From Trichoplax adhaerens (lineage: Eukaryota; Animalia; Placozoa), in assembly GCF_000150275.1 (NCBI RefSeq), contig NW_002060946.1, positions 6,863,855 to 6,927,854 of the forward strand: DNA of 64,000 nt, written 5' to 3'. Positions within the stretch are counted from its first letter, which is position 1. The number at the start of each line of letters is the position of its first letter. Under the pieces are notes generated by a model, which was not told where the DNA came from, did not search any database, and saw only the letters and a list, made by a program, of their open reading frames with translations. Position numbers and translations under genes: made by a program. This document shows positions 46,313-60,100 of this stretch, in pieces.

Positions 46313-49300
46313 TCATGTTCTAGTTTCTATACGTTTATAATCATCTGCCTCAGGCGGTGATAACCTACTTCGGCGGGACGTATTATCAATATCAATACTG
46401 TCTGTTTGCCTCTCCTCGTTACGTTCATTCTTTTCATCATAATCGCTAATATAATTTCTTTCGCATTCTTGTAACGGAAGATCGGTATCAGGCTCCCCAG
46501 TATTCATTAAACTATATTGCCTATTATTTGGGCTTAAAGTGTTAGTATCATGATCTGGTGAAGTTAGAGGTAGTTCATTGGAATAAGCTAATGCTAATTG
46601 GCCATGACCTCCAGCTGGCGTTGTAGTTGGCTCAATCGGGCTGCAATCATTATTAGCAGTTTGCATATAGTAAGGATCCGCTGATTCGATAATACGTTGC
46701 TGCTGTAATGGTTGTGGATGATGTTGTTGATGATGATGATGATGATGATGAGGATGATAGCTATCCTTAGGTGAAGGTATAGTAACGCGAACGACTTGAG
46801 GTGAATTAGAATAGATATGTGCATATTGAGGATGATTATCGCCTTCGTACATGGGACATGTTGCATCAGCGATATAAGATGGATACCGTGGGTGACAATA
46901 ACTATGATTAGCATTACTGCTGCTAGCACCACCAGCATGACTGCTATTGCAACCATCACAATATTTTCGATGAATAAGTGGATTACTATTAATGGTGGGA
47001 TGAAAATTACCAAGGTGAAGATGCATTCTTCCATGATCGCTACTTTCAAATTGTCGATCATCATAGATTGCTTGGCGCTCTGGTATATAAACAGGATGAA
47101 TGCATCGGTCTTCATAATGAATTGTGTCCGTAGGCGATGGAAGTCCACGGTTATCTACTAATCGGTTATTTGTTATATGTGGTTCCTCGAATTCTGATTG
47201 ATCATCATAATGACGATTTGTTTTAGGTAAATAAGATCGAGGTATTTTATCATTACAACTGGATGAACTACCATCGGTTCGCTTGCGATACTTTTTAGAA
47301 CGATTGGATTGGTATGAATAATATTCTGAATGTGAATTAGGATCAGTTCGTCGACTATAGCGATTATCTGTTTGGCCATAATTACGATGGCGTCTTCGTC
47401 TTGAACGTCGTTTCGATGATCGTCGACGATCAGTTCGGGTATAACCATATTCTCTCGTAATATTCTTAAAAGAATCGGAGTGATCGAATGATTGTTGAGG
47501 CTGATTTGTCATCCATTCAGCTACATGAGCAGCTTTTCCTTCACTCTCACTATTCATTCTAGGATGGGCTTCAAATTTTTGTTGCTTGCATAGTTCACTA
47601 GATGAAATTGTCGGAATTATGTTACAAGTTGTGTATGCAATCAATTCAATTAACAGCGTGAATTAAAAAAAAGTATTGATATTTCTTCAATACGGAAGCG
47701 ATATCATATTACTGATTAAGTAGAGTTTTATTTTTCATTTCGCTTACCTTTCTAAGGCTGGGGCAGGTGATTGTTCATTAAGGGAATCTGCATCGACCGT
47801 TTTATCGATATTGCTGGAACTGCCATGATTTGATTCAATCAGAGTATTTCTAATGATTGATGTTTCAACGGCTCCATCAGTTTGATATTGAACTACTGCA
47901 TTTGTCCTAAGTATAAGTAATAATATGAGAATAAATCATATTGTAGGTATAACTATCCTATATTGATACCGTTTCTTGCGTTATACGTAGTATTTTGGAG
48001 GTTAAATCTCCTTTATTCCACGCTAATGGTGTAATTAATTTAATTTATTTAGTGGTAACATACTCGTACTAACCTAACAATTTGGATTTCTTCACCGCGT
48101 TCGGATTCGTGTTGAAATATACTTGCTCCTATCAAATATATAAGTATATTATCATCTAAATTATAAATTTTTGATGATTATTTCAATATTCTATCATTTT
48201 CTCGTCTTTAGAATCATGCAATTTCTGATAATCAACGATTCTAGCATGATGATAATAATACAAGTAAAAGTTGTATATATAAGATAAATGCTTATATCCA
48301 GTAAACTACTAGAGTTTATAAATGGAAAATAAGACATTATTCTTTTTGTTACTATACACTTCCTAATGTTTTACCTTTTCTAGATTGGGGTATTCTATGT
48401 CTTTTCTTGATAACATGCACAATTAATACGATGGCAGCGATTGTAACTATACCGCATGCTGCAATGACAACGGTAAAAATAACTAAATCATCTTTTGTTA
48501 AGGTATCATCATCTATGATAGTTTGTGTTGCTGGATTAGTTTCGCTGTAGATTAGAGGATTCTTGGTACTAACTGTAGGCTGTGTAACTATAAGTAATTT
48601 GAAAAAAGATGCAAATAGTTGTTATAATCTATATATGTTATATATCAACAATAGGTTAGATTATATTATATATAACAAGACATTGATAGAATTACAATAA
48701 TCTAGTCAGGTTTTAATAATATATTAGTACATATTTATTCTATCTTTGGTTAAAAACTACTACTGTAACTATTTAACTAGGTTAAAAATAATCTGGTTTC
48801 ATTTTAACAATGCATTAGAACACGTTTATGCTATCCTTGGTTGAAAACTACTAGCTACGGGTATTTAACTAGATTAAAAATTTAATCTAGGTAATGCTCT
48901 GAATTAGATCGGTGTAAATCGGACTCTAACTTACACACACGAATATTAATTATGAATTAAATTCACCTGAATTTAATTTAATAACGTAGAATAAGCTAAA
49001 TTTTCCTCTTCCTTGGCCGTTAATTGCTTGCAAAGCTGTAATATACGTATGATTTGGCGATAATCCATAAAGCCGATATTCATAAAGGCCAACATTGTCA
49101 AATTTGATGTACTTCATGTTACGCATTGCATAACTCTTGTCATCGATTACCATATAGCATAGTCTATAATGAGTAATTACTTCTTGGGTAATCGTTTGTG
49201 GTCTTAGCTGTTGATTAACGGAGGGAAAAAATGGAAATTAGCTTTACACGTAGTAGATGTGTTATGTAATTCCAATGTCCAGCTTAATCTTTAACAGTTT

Positions 49301-52300
49301 AGACTATTAAAATTACTTATGTAATAACTCACTGTCCAATAGATATCGATGGCCTTGGATTGAATCCAGGATGTATGACTAATATATGGAACCACTACTG
49401 GAGGCATAATTCGTTCTATCAATTGAATTTCTGCGCTTTTACTATAATCACTCGTTCTATCATTTTTAAAGTTAGCTCTTATGCCAAACCTGTAATTAAA
49501 GAGGATGTTATATCAATTATTGGATATACAAACATTAGTAAGTCTATTGAAATACATAGTTATATGTTTAATATATTTAAAATAAACTTAATACTGATAC
49601 ATTTTGCATTATTCAATTTCTTTGTTATTCAATTATGTTATGTACGATCTTCCAAGTATACAAGATAGACTACTTACACATATCTTTGACCTCCTTTTAA
49701 ATGTTGGATAGTGAATTGACTTAAATCGGGCGATATATCCTTGATCATATTCTGCCTTAATGATCGACTAAATGAGGAAGTCATATTATACCTAATAGTA
49801 AATGATTTGACATAGCGTCTATCGCTGGATGGAAACTTCCATAACATTGTTGCATTAGTCTTGCTTTCTTGCCTTATAAATGTAATTATGGGTACTAGAC
49901 AGTCAATCAAGACGAGATAATAATGAGAGTTAGTTCATTAATTTATCCATAGCTTCAGTGATAGTAATTAGAATTTATAAAGCGTTAATTTCTTTGTTCA
50001 TACCAGTATTAATCCAAGGCCATATGGTCAATTGATTGCTAGCTGATTGGCTTGTAGAGGGATTTGTTGTTAATGTTGCAGGAGTAGATGAAGATGGTAG
50101 CACTGGACGCCCTAATTCAATTTAACGATATCACAATGTGTTATTGATCAGTTCAGAATATCAATCGCTCGTGTAATAGACATTGAAAAGAAAATAGAAA
50201 TTTAGCTTTACCTGGCGAAATTTTCAAATAAGTTATAACTTGAGAACTGCCAAATTGGTTGAAAGCAACACATTGATATATAGTTTCATCTCCTTTATTA
50301 ACGTTACGTATATAGAGATGATTGTAGTTGCTACGAATGCGAGAATTAAAGTCTGTACGAATTAGTTTAACACCATTTTGGAACCATTGCACAGCAGTAA
50401 CGGCTGATCCAGTTACGGAACAATTTAAATCGATATCAGCACCTACATAAGTTTTGGTTTCTGGAGGTAAGTAGGCTTCAGGTGGAGCTATTGAAGTAAA
50501 ATTGCCAATAAATTTAAGTTTATTCCAAGCTAAAAGTACATCTACAGTTTCTTCTATCGTCTAACATTATTTGCATACTGGTATGCTGATATTGTAAACG
50601 GGAAATAAAGCGATTTTATTTCCTCTAATACTTAAATTTATTTCAAGCTTCTTATAGCGTCGCTAGGTGACCTACAGTAATATCTATTTGTATTTATTAG
50701 ATTAAAATAAACTTATATTATGCCATATTATTTCCTTTCGCTCAAATATTACTGTTGGATTCTATTAGATACAGGATGAGATATATAATTTAATTTCTAA
50801 AATTATAATCTTTAAATTTAGTAACTGATCATTTAGTCTTGATCTATTTAAAGAAGTCCTAATTTACGTGATATTATATTTAAAATTCGATTAGCGACTA
50901 TTCCCTCGTATTCAGAGCATAGTAATGTGCTGTTGTAATAAGCTAAGAAATAAACTAGGAATAGGCAATGCTAAATAGATTCAATCTATGCATGTACGAG
51001 TATAATCTCTGTACCTTCAATAGAAAGTAGCGCAGTTGCTGATGTTGATCCTGCTCTGTTTGTTATTGTACATCGATAATGACCACTGTCCGATAATTGT
51101 ACACGCTGAATGACAAGATTATCATTTTGAATGAAATAGCGTCCCTGTGGCATTACTCCATCAATTTTTTGCCAATGGACAGCTGCTTCTGGATCAGCTT
51201 GTGGGACGCAATCAAGAACAACATCCGTGTTGACTCGAGCAGTAACATCACGAGGTAAAGTAGTAAAAGAGATTGTATTATGTAATTTATTTGTATCTAA
51301 AATCGAAAAAATGGAAATTGATTTGAATAAAATCAGCGGAATTAAAAAGAAAGGAAGGAAGGAGAATAGACAATTCTTACTTTGAACAGTCACCAGAGTG
51401 CGGAGTGGTCCGCTATTTTTCTCTTGATTTGGTAGTAGAGGATTTTTTGCGAAACATTTATACTTGCCACGATCTTGTCGGGTGACATTGGCAATGAATA
51501 ATGAACCTGATGAGAGAACTTGAACTCGACTAGATTGGACGACCTCAACACCTTTATTTCGAAATGATATTATAGCTGGTGGATTACTGCTAGGTGGAAA
51601 ACAAGGTATAGTTAATGGGTGGCCAACAAATGCCATGATTTCGCTCGTCATATTGATAGCAAATTCTCCGATAGCTAGAGTTAAAAAATAGATCGATATG
51701 GATTCATTAATCCACCAATATACAATTTTTAATATTAAGCTAGTATAAGCCATGGAAATAGATAGGAATATCTTATTAATATAAATTAGGGACAGTAGAA
51801 TAAATGATAGTCAATTAGGAATGTACATAATAAGGATGGATTTGAGAATGCTGTTCAATTATGAATGATAGAAATATCAATATTGCTTAGTCTAATATTT
51901 ATAATCAAATATCTTTCCAGTGATGATTCAGTTCGATACTATTAGAAGTTTTTAATGTACTTCTATGAGATTGGCGATTTTACTGCAGATAATGAAATAA
52001 CGAACGAAAATTCTACTAATTATCATTCTAAATTAGTTGAAAATGGGTCAAATTTATAATGGGATATTTATTCAATATTTTTAGATTTATAATATATGAT
52101 GCAATTATGCCAACTTACTTGCCCACTTGATAGCAGCATAGCGGCTAACTATGGTATAATTGTTGCTACTAGCGTGGCATTGGTATTTGCCAATGGTAGA
52201 TTGATTAACTTGTTGTATCCATAATGAATGATTATTTAAAACTGCTTGACTATTGGTCCATAGTTGATCATTTCTGTACCACTGTACATTGCTTTGTGGA

Positions 52301-52951
52301 TCATTAGCTTGGCAATTAAGTATCACCGAGCTGCCAGAGATAGTTAAAACTTCAGCTAACGGCTCTTCGACAAATTCTAATGGTAGAGCTAAAAAGAAGG
52401 CAATCACAATAGATTAGTACTCAAGTCTAGCGTAAAGGTTCATTGGTCAATTTGATCCAATATTTAGATTATAGGGCAATTATATTCTATCTTAGTGAGA
52501 ATGAAAAGGAATGGGAGACGCAGCGATAGGACTACCAGAAATCCTGTTCATCATCCTAACTATTAGAAACTTCTCTATTTAGAGACGTATAGATAATCTT
52601 TTTCTTTTAATACTAAATATGAAATGATTCCTAGGAATACTGTTAGAATATGTATTTTAAAAGTTAAATATGTTTGGTAGCTATCAATTAATCTTAATAG
52701 ATACGAGACAGCGCAAGGAAAGAAGGAAAAGTTCTCACTTTAAAATCTTCAAAATAATATTAATATTAATAATAAATAATTATGAAATGATTCATGTAAA
52801 ATCCAATTCCTTAAAAAAATTAGATCTGTATTTTTACAAAAATACAGATTTTAAGCCTACCTGCTAGTGAAGAATGGCAACTGATGATAATCATGATGAT
52901 GGCATAACAGACGTAAGAAAATGGTCTAATCGCCATTTTATTAGCCATCAT
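46313..52951 (-). CDS. CDON/BOC: CDON/BOC/Ihog-like receptor: 4 Ig + 2 FN3 + TM + His/Tyr/Arg-rich tail
   Basis: Signal exon 52951 (or 52936)-52861. Ig1 ~52388-52120 (FVEEPLAEV..VILNC..GKYQC..IVS); Ig2 ~51674-51381 (IGEF..C..PSSNPPA..LSSGSL..DRGKYKCFAKNP), resembling CDON/BOC Ig1-2 as I recall them; Ig3 ~51296-51015; Ig4 ~50488-50212; linker exon; two FN3 over three exons ~49897-48968; TM (LVIFTVVIAACGIVTIAAIVLIV, ~48485-48417); tail exons to the stop at 46313. Confidence 0.82.
48746..48892. repeat. Diverged ~50-bp duplication in an intron (~90 bp spacing)
   Basis: TTGGTTRAAAACTACTA....TATTTAACTAG.TTAAAAAT occurs twice. Confidence 0.7.
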
Positions 52952-55900
52952 AAATAGGCAGATTCAATAATCTTGGCCAAGAAAAAGTTGGTGACGGATA
53001 CGTTGATGTTGACGAGTCTTTTTCTGTTATTTTAGACCAATGATATAGCTCTAAATAAATAAAATAATAGATTAGACTGCGTAGTCCATCTATTTATGTT
53101 TAAAAATTACCGTTATCTCTCTCTTTTGCTGTCTATCTCTATATCAGAAGTCTGCTAGATTAATGGTATCATTTATCATCATAATAAGGTCTAGTATATT
53201 TTCTTTCACAAGCTAGACATGAAGAATATTTCCTATTCTTTATGTTATTATTTGTATTTATGTACAGGATAGACAAGGCAGTTTTATACAGCTAGTATGC
53301 AAAGCAATATAACCAGACGCTATTGATATAATTTATGAGTAATTATAGGTATCCATGCCAATAATCAATTCAATTCTCTTTTGCATTAATTAAGAATTGT
53401 ATGATATGACGCCATAGTTGTGATAACTACTCGGCACAGCTATTTGATTTTATGATTTATTAAGTTTTTCTACCAGATTCTTATCGTGCAAATGTAGTAT
53501 TTCGTCTAGGAATGAAGAAGTGAGATATCTGGCATTACTTTCTTGATAAATAATCGAATAAGGATTTAGATTGATCTCTGTTTTATCAGAGAGGGAGGAG
53601 ATGTTTTCATTTTTCTGATTATATTATAGGATGAGGATCAAGATGAACTTGGAGAGTGTGGCCTATTTCCCATTTCGAAATAGCCAACTCCAACAAAGAC
53701 AACGGCTGCCATAAATAGGTTGACTGCTAATTCATATGCAATTACTATCGAAAATCTAGAATATTCTAACTTAGTGCGTTATTCAACTTATACTCTGGAA
53801 TAGGGAATAACCACTAGAGGCTTAAGTTACAGCGTAGTCGATCACCGTAATATTGTCATTTAAAATAGATGAGTAATTACCTCAAAAATAAATGACTGGT
53901 ATTTCAATTGCAATCAAAGTAATTAATGATAATGATAATTGATATTAATTTTCAATGCCAGTTATCCAACTGTCGCTGTCTCCATCTCATGTAATAAGAA
54001 TTGATAGAGTATAATTTAATAGCTAAAGAGTAAATAATGTCACTGACTGGCTAAGATCCAATCCTGATTACTATTGTCAGATCAATCATGGCAGCAAGGT
54101 TGTATTACCAAAATCATCCAGGCTGACATCGTACATAAATAAAGATTAATTGTCTTCCAAGTATTTGTATTAAAGTCTGATAGGGTGTTTATTGAAACTA
54201 ATTTACTTGAAATTAGAGTACATAGAAGATGAATTCAGCAAAAATTGACTGTTATTAATTCTATGTAGTTAGATTAATGGTAATATCTTACTGTATCATG
54301 ATAATTGGTAAGGTCCCGTTTTTTAATCGGTTTATATAAATATTAGCCCCAAATGTAACTTGATCTTATATTATAAATTGGAAAATTGAAGATTATCGTT
54401 GATAAAGGAATCCATATATAGTTAAGTAAAAGATATAATGTTGAACTAAGAGTATATATTATTTTAATATTACACTTTAAGACCTTATTTCAGCCCAATT
54501 TATTTCATATTATAGGTAGTATATTAATTTAGAAATTCATCTAAGTAATATAGGCTTTCTTGCTAAACTGTGATGATTGGTCACTATTATACTTTAGTTC
54601 CTATTTTAACCAAATTTCATTCCAACTACGATTAATTTAAATCAAGTACTGCCGTAGCTTTTTATAGATTTACGCTTCGATGTTGATTACTGGTTATCCA
54701 TCACAGAGGTTAATGGAAGCAAATTTAAGTGTCTCATAAGACTCGGCAGATAGTAAGACAGGGATAGAGTATTTAAATAAGTGCTGATTAAATCTCATAT
54801 CATTGCGTAAATCTTCCTTAATATATAGCTCGATAGTTAAAAACTTTAATAAAAAATGTTAAAACTCAATCATATTTCTAGTATATTATTTATTAGTTTG
54901 TTTTGGAGAAGAATTGGAGGATGATTAGTCATTCATGATAGCAAAAGGATGAAAAGCATTTATTGGTTGGGATTATCATCTGTTACGTTTGCTACTTTAC
55001 TCTATTTACTAGTATAAGTTCAATGGTGTAAAATTATCATCTGCTCAATGCTATCCTTTAACAGGCGGATATTTTGTGAAGGCATATAATTTTTACGACT
55101 CTTATATTATTTAATTTTTCAAATCGGATTGGACAAGTTAAAGTTCTGTAAACAACAGAAAGGAATTTATTTTGAAAGTAACATTATCGACAGTATCTTA
55201 ATGAATGTAGTATATTAACTAAATTGAACTTTCGATGATAAATTTACGCTATTACTAGTATACCCACACAAGAAGTTTTTGATTTTATACAGCTTCGATC
55301 TCGCAATATTGAAGTTTATTCTAGTGCAGGCTTTCACCACTATGCTAAAAGATGTCTTCTAAATAAAATATAACCCTGTTTACCCTTTCTTACTATCCAT
55401 ATCGCATATATTCATATATTGATTGTTTAGTTCAAGTTATAGAGCTTTAATTTCGCTCTTTACATACCGGTAATTCATTATGGTCAGCATTAGCGAACAA
55501 ATAAATAAAATAAATTATTCTTTTTGGCATCGTAAGGTATCGAACAAAGTTAACGTGGTTAATATCAGAATTTGCAGTCAATGGAAGCCCAAAGAATAAC
55601 AGCTTGATCTCCCTTCTCCTAAAAACCGATTCCTCTATTCCATTTGATTAGATTATTATGACAATTGATTGTGCTTTAAAAATGTATTAGGAATAACAGG
55701 AAGGAACTGATCTACTGATGTGAATATTAGCGAAATAGGATACTAATGATATTGTAGTGTAATAATAGCTAATTTGATTGCTTCGCTATCGTATTCTTTT
55801 AATAAGTTATAGGTATTTATTTTAGATTATTTCATGATTGAATGGCTGATGTTGTAATAGAATCTTGATTTTCCGATTTTTGCTTGTTTGCTTGATGTTA

Positions 55901-56114
55901 AAAAGGATCATTATTGACTTTGAGAGGTGTGCGAATCAATTCGATGGCGTAAAAAAATGGCATAAAATGAAATTATTACTCTACGTATACCTCAGTTATC
56001 AATAAGAAAAAAATGGATTAGATGTGTTCAAGCTATCAAATTAGTTAACGCATCAATAATAAGCTGATGTATTAGCTAGGCTGATTACTGAAATAGATCA
56101 ATGAATGGAAGAAA

Positions 56115-56510
56115 AAAAAATTAATATGCACTGTCAGAGTGATAGCAAGAGTGGACAAATTCAATCTATACGTTGATGATCTAATCATTATAGTTATGGC
56201 ACTTAATAAGATAAATAAGAACTTAATATGGATAAACTAAATAGGCATAAAATTATATATCGAATAAAAAATTAGTAGCCACTGTCTGAATGATGACAAG
56301 AGCGGAAAATTTAATCTAGACGTTGGTAACCTGATATTCTAGCTATGGTAGTTAATGAGATGGATAAATAAAATAGGCGTAAAATATATATCGAATAAAA
56401 AATTAATATGCACCGTCAGAATGATGACAAGAATGAATAAATCCAATCTAGACGTTGATGACCTAATCATTCTAGCTGTGATAGTTGCTAAGATGGACAA
56501 ATATTAAATA
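56115..56510. repeat. Three diverged tandem copies, ~130-150 bp
   Basis: AAAAATTA.TA.GC.(C)AC.GTC.GA.TGAT..CAAGA...AATCTA.ACGTTG.T.A at ~56115, ~56267 and ~56397. Confidence 0.85.
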
Positions 56511-58001
56511 AGGATAAATCAAACAAGGTAAATTTATATCCCCTTTTTAATAGTGATCATCGTGGCCCAAGTATTGAATAATTTAATATCTAAAGAATGA
56601 CGGAGGCGCTTTAAATCACAGTTTTTAATAGCTAAAATGGTAAATACGTGCAAAGAAATTTTAATATTGGAAATATGGTAAGTATGAGCCTTGATTACTT
56701 TGTAGGTATAAAATAACTTGCAAATTTAGAATGCGCAATTCTTTACTGTGTTAGACATTATAAGTTACTACATATAAATCCTAACACCGTCTATTAATGG
56801 CCAGAGTATCGATTTTAATAGAGAATTCCATCCTTGATAGTTGCAGTATGATGGTTTTTGGAATCAATTGGTTGATGAGAAAAAGATTAAGGGATTAAGA
56901 GAGTTATATCAACGAAATTTATCAGGTTATTCAATAATAGTATCATCATCGATCGCTCGATGATTTAATATTTAAAATGCAAGCATAGATGAGATGAATA
57001 ATATTGTTCATTTCTTGAAGGAAGAATAAAACTGATTTCTGTGTGGCATTTGTAGCATTTTAATTTACAGCAATGTGAAGGAATTGTACCTATTATACCG
57101 ATGACTGATTGATTCTTGTCGTAATATTTTTCTCTCTTTTCCACAAATATTAAAGGTCAATCTAATTTACAAAGTAATAAGGCAAGCATAATGTAGGCGT
57201 ATAGACGCCTGTTCTATTTCTGATTATTTTGTACAGATAGCAATGGAGAACAGTTCTAATTTACTCATAGATCGATAATGAGTTATTTTAAGCGATCATG
57301 TTGACAGCCAAATCTTAAGCTATCACCGTTCACCATTTTTATTACTTTAGATAGGTCCATATTTTGCCTACTGTGGTCAGAAAAAGGATTATAGGATGAG
57401 ACAATGCTAGGCATTTTATATTACTGTGATTTAGGTAAGTAATCGCGTAGGAAAAAGTTGTGAAAACTAAAATAGATTCATATCCCTAACTTTCTTCTCC
57501 TAGCGTCTATTTGATAGCATAAACAACTGCCAGTTGTATCCATCAATGATTATGATATTAATGGGTTGATATCCCTTTTCGTATTTTTAATCTTATTTAG
57601 AGAGATTAAAGCTTGATAATTCTTTTGCGTTATGCTAGAAATTAAATGATGAACTAGAATCGAGAATAATAATTAAGTGGTCGACTTGATCCGTATTCTA
57701 CTGTGGAGCAAAAATTCAGACGTAACTTAGCATTAACGTACAGACGTTATACAGCTATTAAATGATCATTGTGAATTTAATCGTTAGTATGGGATATTGA
57801 GCGAACATGAATAGTACTAATAATAAGCGTTATCGTATACCGAGTAGCGAAAAATTCTACCGGAAGGCTTTTAAAGGAATTTGAAAATTTTTCGATGTAA
57901 AAGATGATGATACTAGAGGAAGCAATGGCATTGGGGGAAAAAATTGGGATTGCAAGCAAAGGAGTTGATCATCAGCTCGATACAATCAGGATGAAACTTA
58001 C

Positions 58002-58470
58002 CTTTTGCAGATCGCTGACTTTGACTGAAAATACAAGTAATTTGGATTATTAGATAGCGACCCCAAAGATTTCAGGAAAGCTACCAATTCAAATGGTTGG
58101 CTTGATTATATTATATACATGATTTTTTCAGCTATCTTTAAGGCAGAATAGAGTCGGCGAAGAAAAGACGTTTTCTTCGCGATAAATGCGTGATAAGGCT
58201 TGTAAAATTGTCACTTATTTAGAGTCGATCAATGTAGGGAAATAGGTTGCTAAACTGCTTCACCATGCCAAGACCACGATTATAATCGCGATGATTTTCT
58301 TTCTTTGTTAAGTTACAATTTTTCTTCTTGCGTAGTAATTGAATGTTGCTAAGATATCAAGGTAAAGTCTTTCTTTCCTCCTTTCAATTCCAGACAGCAA
58401 GTAGTTGAATGTCTGTCTTTTCTCTTTTGATGATCCCCCTTGTCTTGTTGGAACTTTCTCTCTCTCTCTC
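58002..58470 (-). other. Possible non-coding 5' exon of the CDON/BOC-like gene
   Basis: Strong minus-strand donor AAG|GTAAGT at 58002/58001 and an acceptor TTTATTTAG ending at 53051 just upstream of the ATG. The 5' end is a guess. Confidence 0.3.
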
Positions 58471-59579
58471 TATTCTATCCAATTGGTTCTAGTATTGAAG
58501 TCGTGAAATAGTATAATTGCTGTCCTAGTCGTCCTTTTAGTATACTATAAAATAGAGACAATGCTCAATTTTGTTTGTCATTAATACTAGTTTTTCTATC
58601 GATACAAAAGGCGTACAAGATGAACAATTCTCTCTAGGTCATGATCGAATTGAGTATCTATCAATTCAACTGATGTAAGAATCCAGTTGGTCATATACAA
58701 TAAGAGGATAGAAAAGGATGAAAATAATTGACATATTTCTTCTATTCAACTTTGGTCATGCTATTTTATAATGTCAATATTCAAATGGGCAAGATAATAA
58801 CCGGTTGAATTGGACAACAGGTTGGTAAATTCCACGCATTGTCAATAGAATTGAAGGGAGATAGATAAAATGTCAACAGAATGATTCATTTACCTCTATT
58901 GGTAGAAGCTTGGATTAATTATTCTGTGAATAGGCTATGGCACGTAAAGAGAAGAATAGTTCAACGAGTCTATTAGAATTGGATGTTATTTACCTAAACT
59001 ATTTGGATCGCTAATCGAATTCAATAGGCATTCCTTTCTTTTCTTATCTAGTCAAGATAATGCTATCTAAGGTGGAGTATACAGCTGATAGACAAAAGGA
59101 TCAAAATGACAAAAGAAATCAAGATAAAAAGGATAGATAATGGTAAAATAATTATCCTAGTCAGTCGATTAAGCAAAGTAGAAAACTTGATGAAACATGT
59201 TGTGATTATGTATCAACGCCACGTCAATCAAGTGTGATTTCTTTCATGAAATAATGATTCTATTTTTCTATCATCATCAACACTTCATCAATCATGGCAC
59301 GCGTGGTGCTAGATTAATATCAGATTACTTTGTCTCGTGGTTGGTTAATTTTAGCGTTGATGTAGTACGTACAGAATTAATCAACCTTATTATTGAGCTT
59401 TCTGCATAATTGTACTGCAATTAAAATTGAGTACACGTAGAAAATGGAGTAGATGATCGTTTAATTCTACTTGTTTACGGCATAATTGGAGTTGGATAGA
59501 ATGGAGTGATATGGATCATTCTACAGTAACATCTGTTTATTCGTATTTTGTTATTAAATGTGAACACTTATCATAAAAT

Positions 59580-60100
59580 AGGTAGACATTGATATAATGG
59601 AGTTCCTGAAGATTCAACTATAATTCAAGTTGAGTATAGGTAGAGGAAGAAATGGGCAAGATGGTCAAATTCCACATGTTTATCGTGTCATAATTGAGGT
59701 TGATTATAAGTATGTAGACATTGATGTTGAAATTCCTCTGTAATTCAATGAGTATGAGCAGAGGAAAAATGACTGTCACGGTCAAATTTTACATGTTTAT
59801 AATAATATAATTGGAGTTGAATATAGTATAAAGTTTGTAGACATTGATGCTATAATAGAGTTCCTTAAGATTCTACTGTAATTCAAGTTGAGTATGGGTA
59901 GAGAAAGAAATGGGTGAGACGGTCAAATTCCAAATGTTTGTAGTATAATAATTAGAGCTAAATATGAAGTATGTAGACATGGATGTAATGATAGATTTCC
60001 TTTACATTCTACAGTAATTCAAGTTGAGTATAGATAGAGGAAGAAATGGGTGAAATTCCACATGTTTATAGTGTAATAATTAATTAGAGTTGAATAGAAT
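59580..60100. repeat. Diverged tandem array, ~130 bp unit, at least 4 copies, with more degenerate copies to ~61 kb
   Basis: GTAGACAT.GAT...TTCCT...AATTCAA..TGAGTAT...AGAG.AA.AAATG...AAATT..A.ATGTTT at ~59582, 59714, 59837 and 59972. Confidence 0.88.

Noticed and set aside
46594-47448. Overlapping alternative-frame and antisense ORFs in the large tail exons (also 42477-42974 and 28662-29087)
   Set aside because: Shadow ORFs of low-complexity coding exons.
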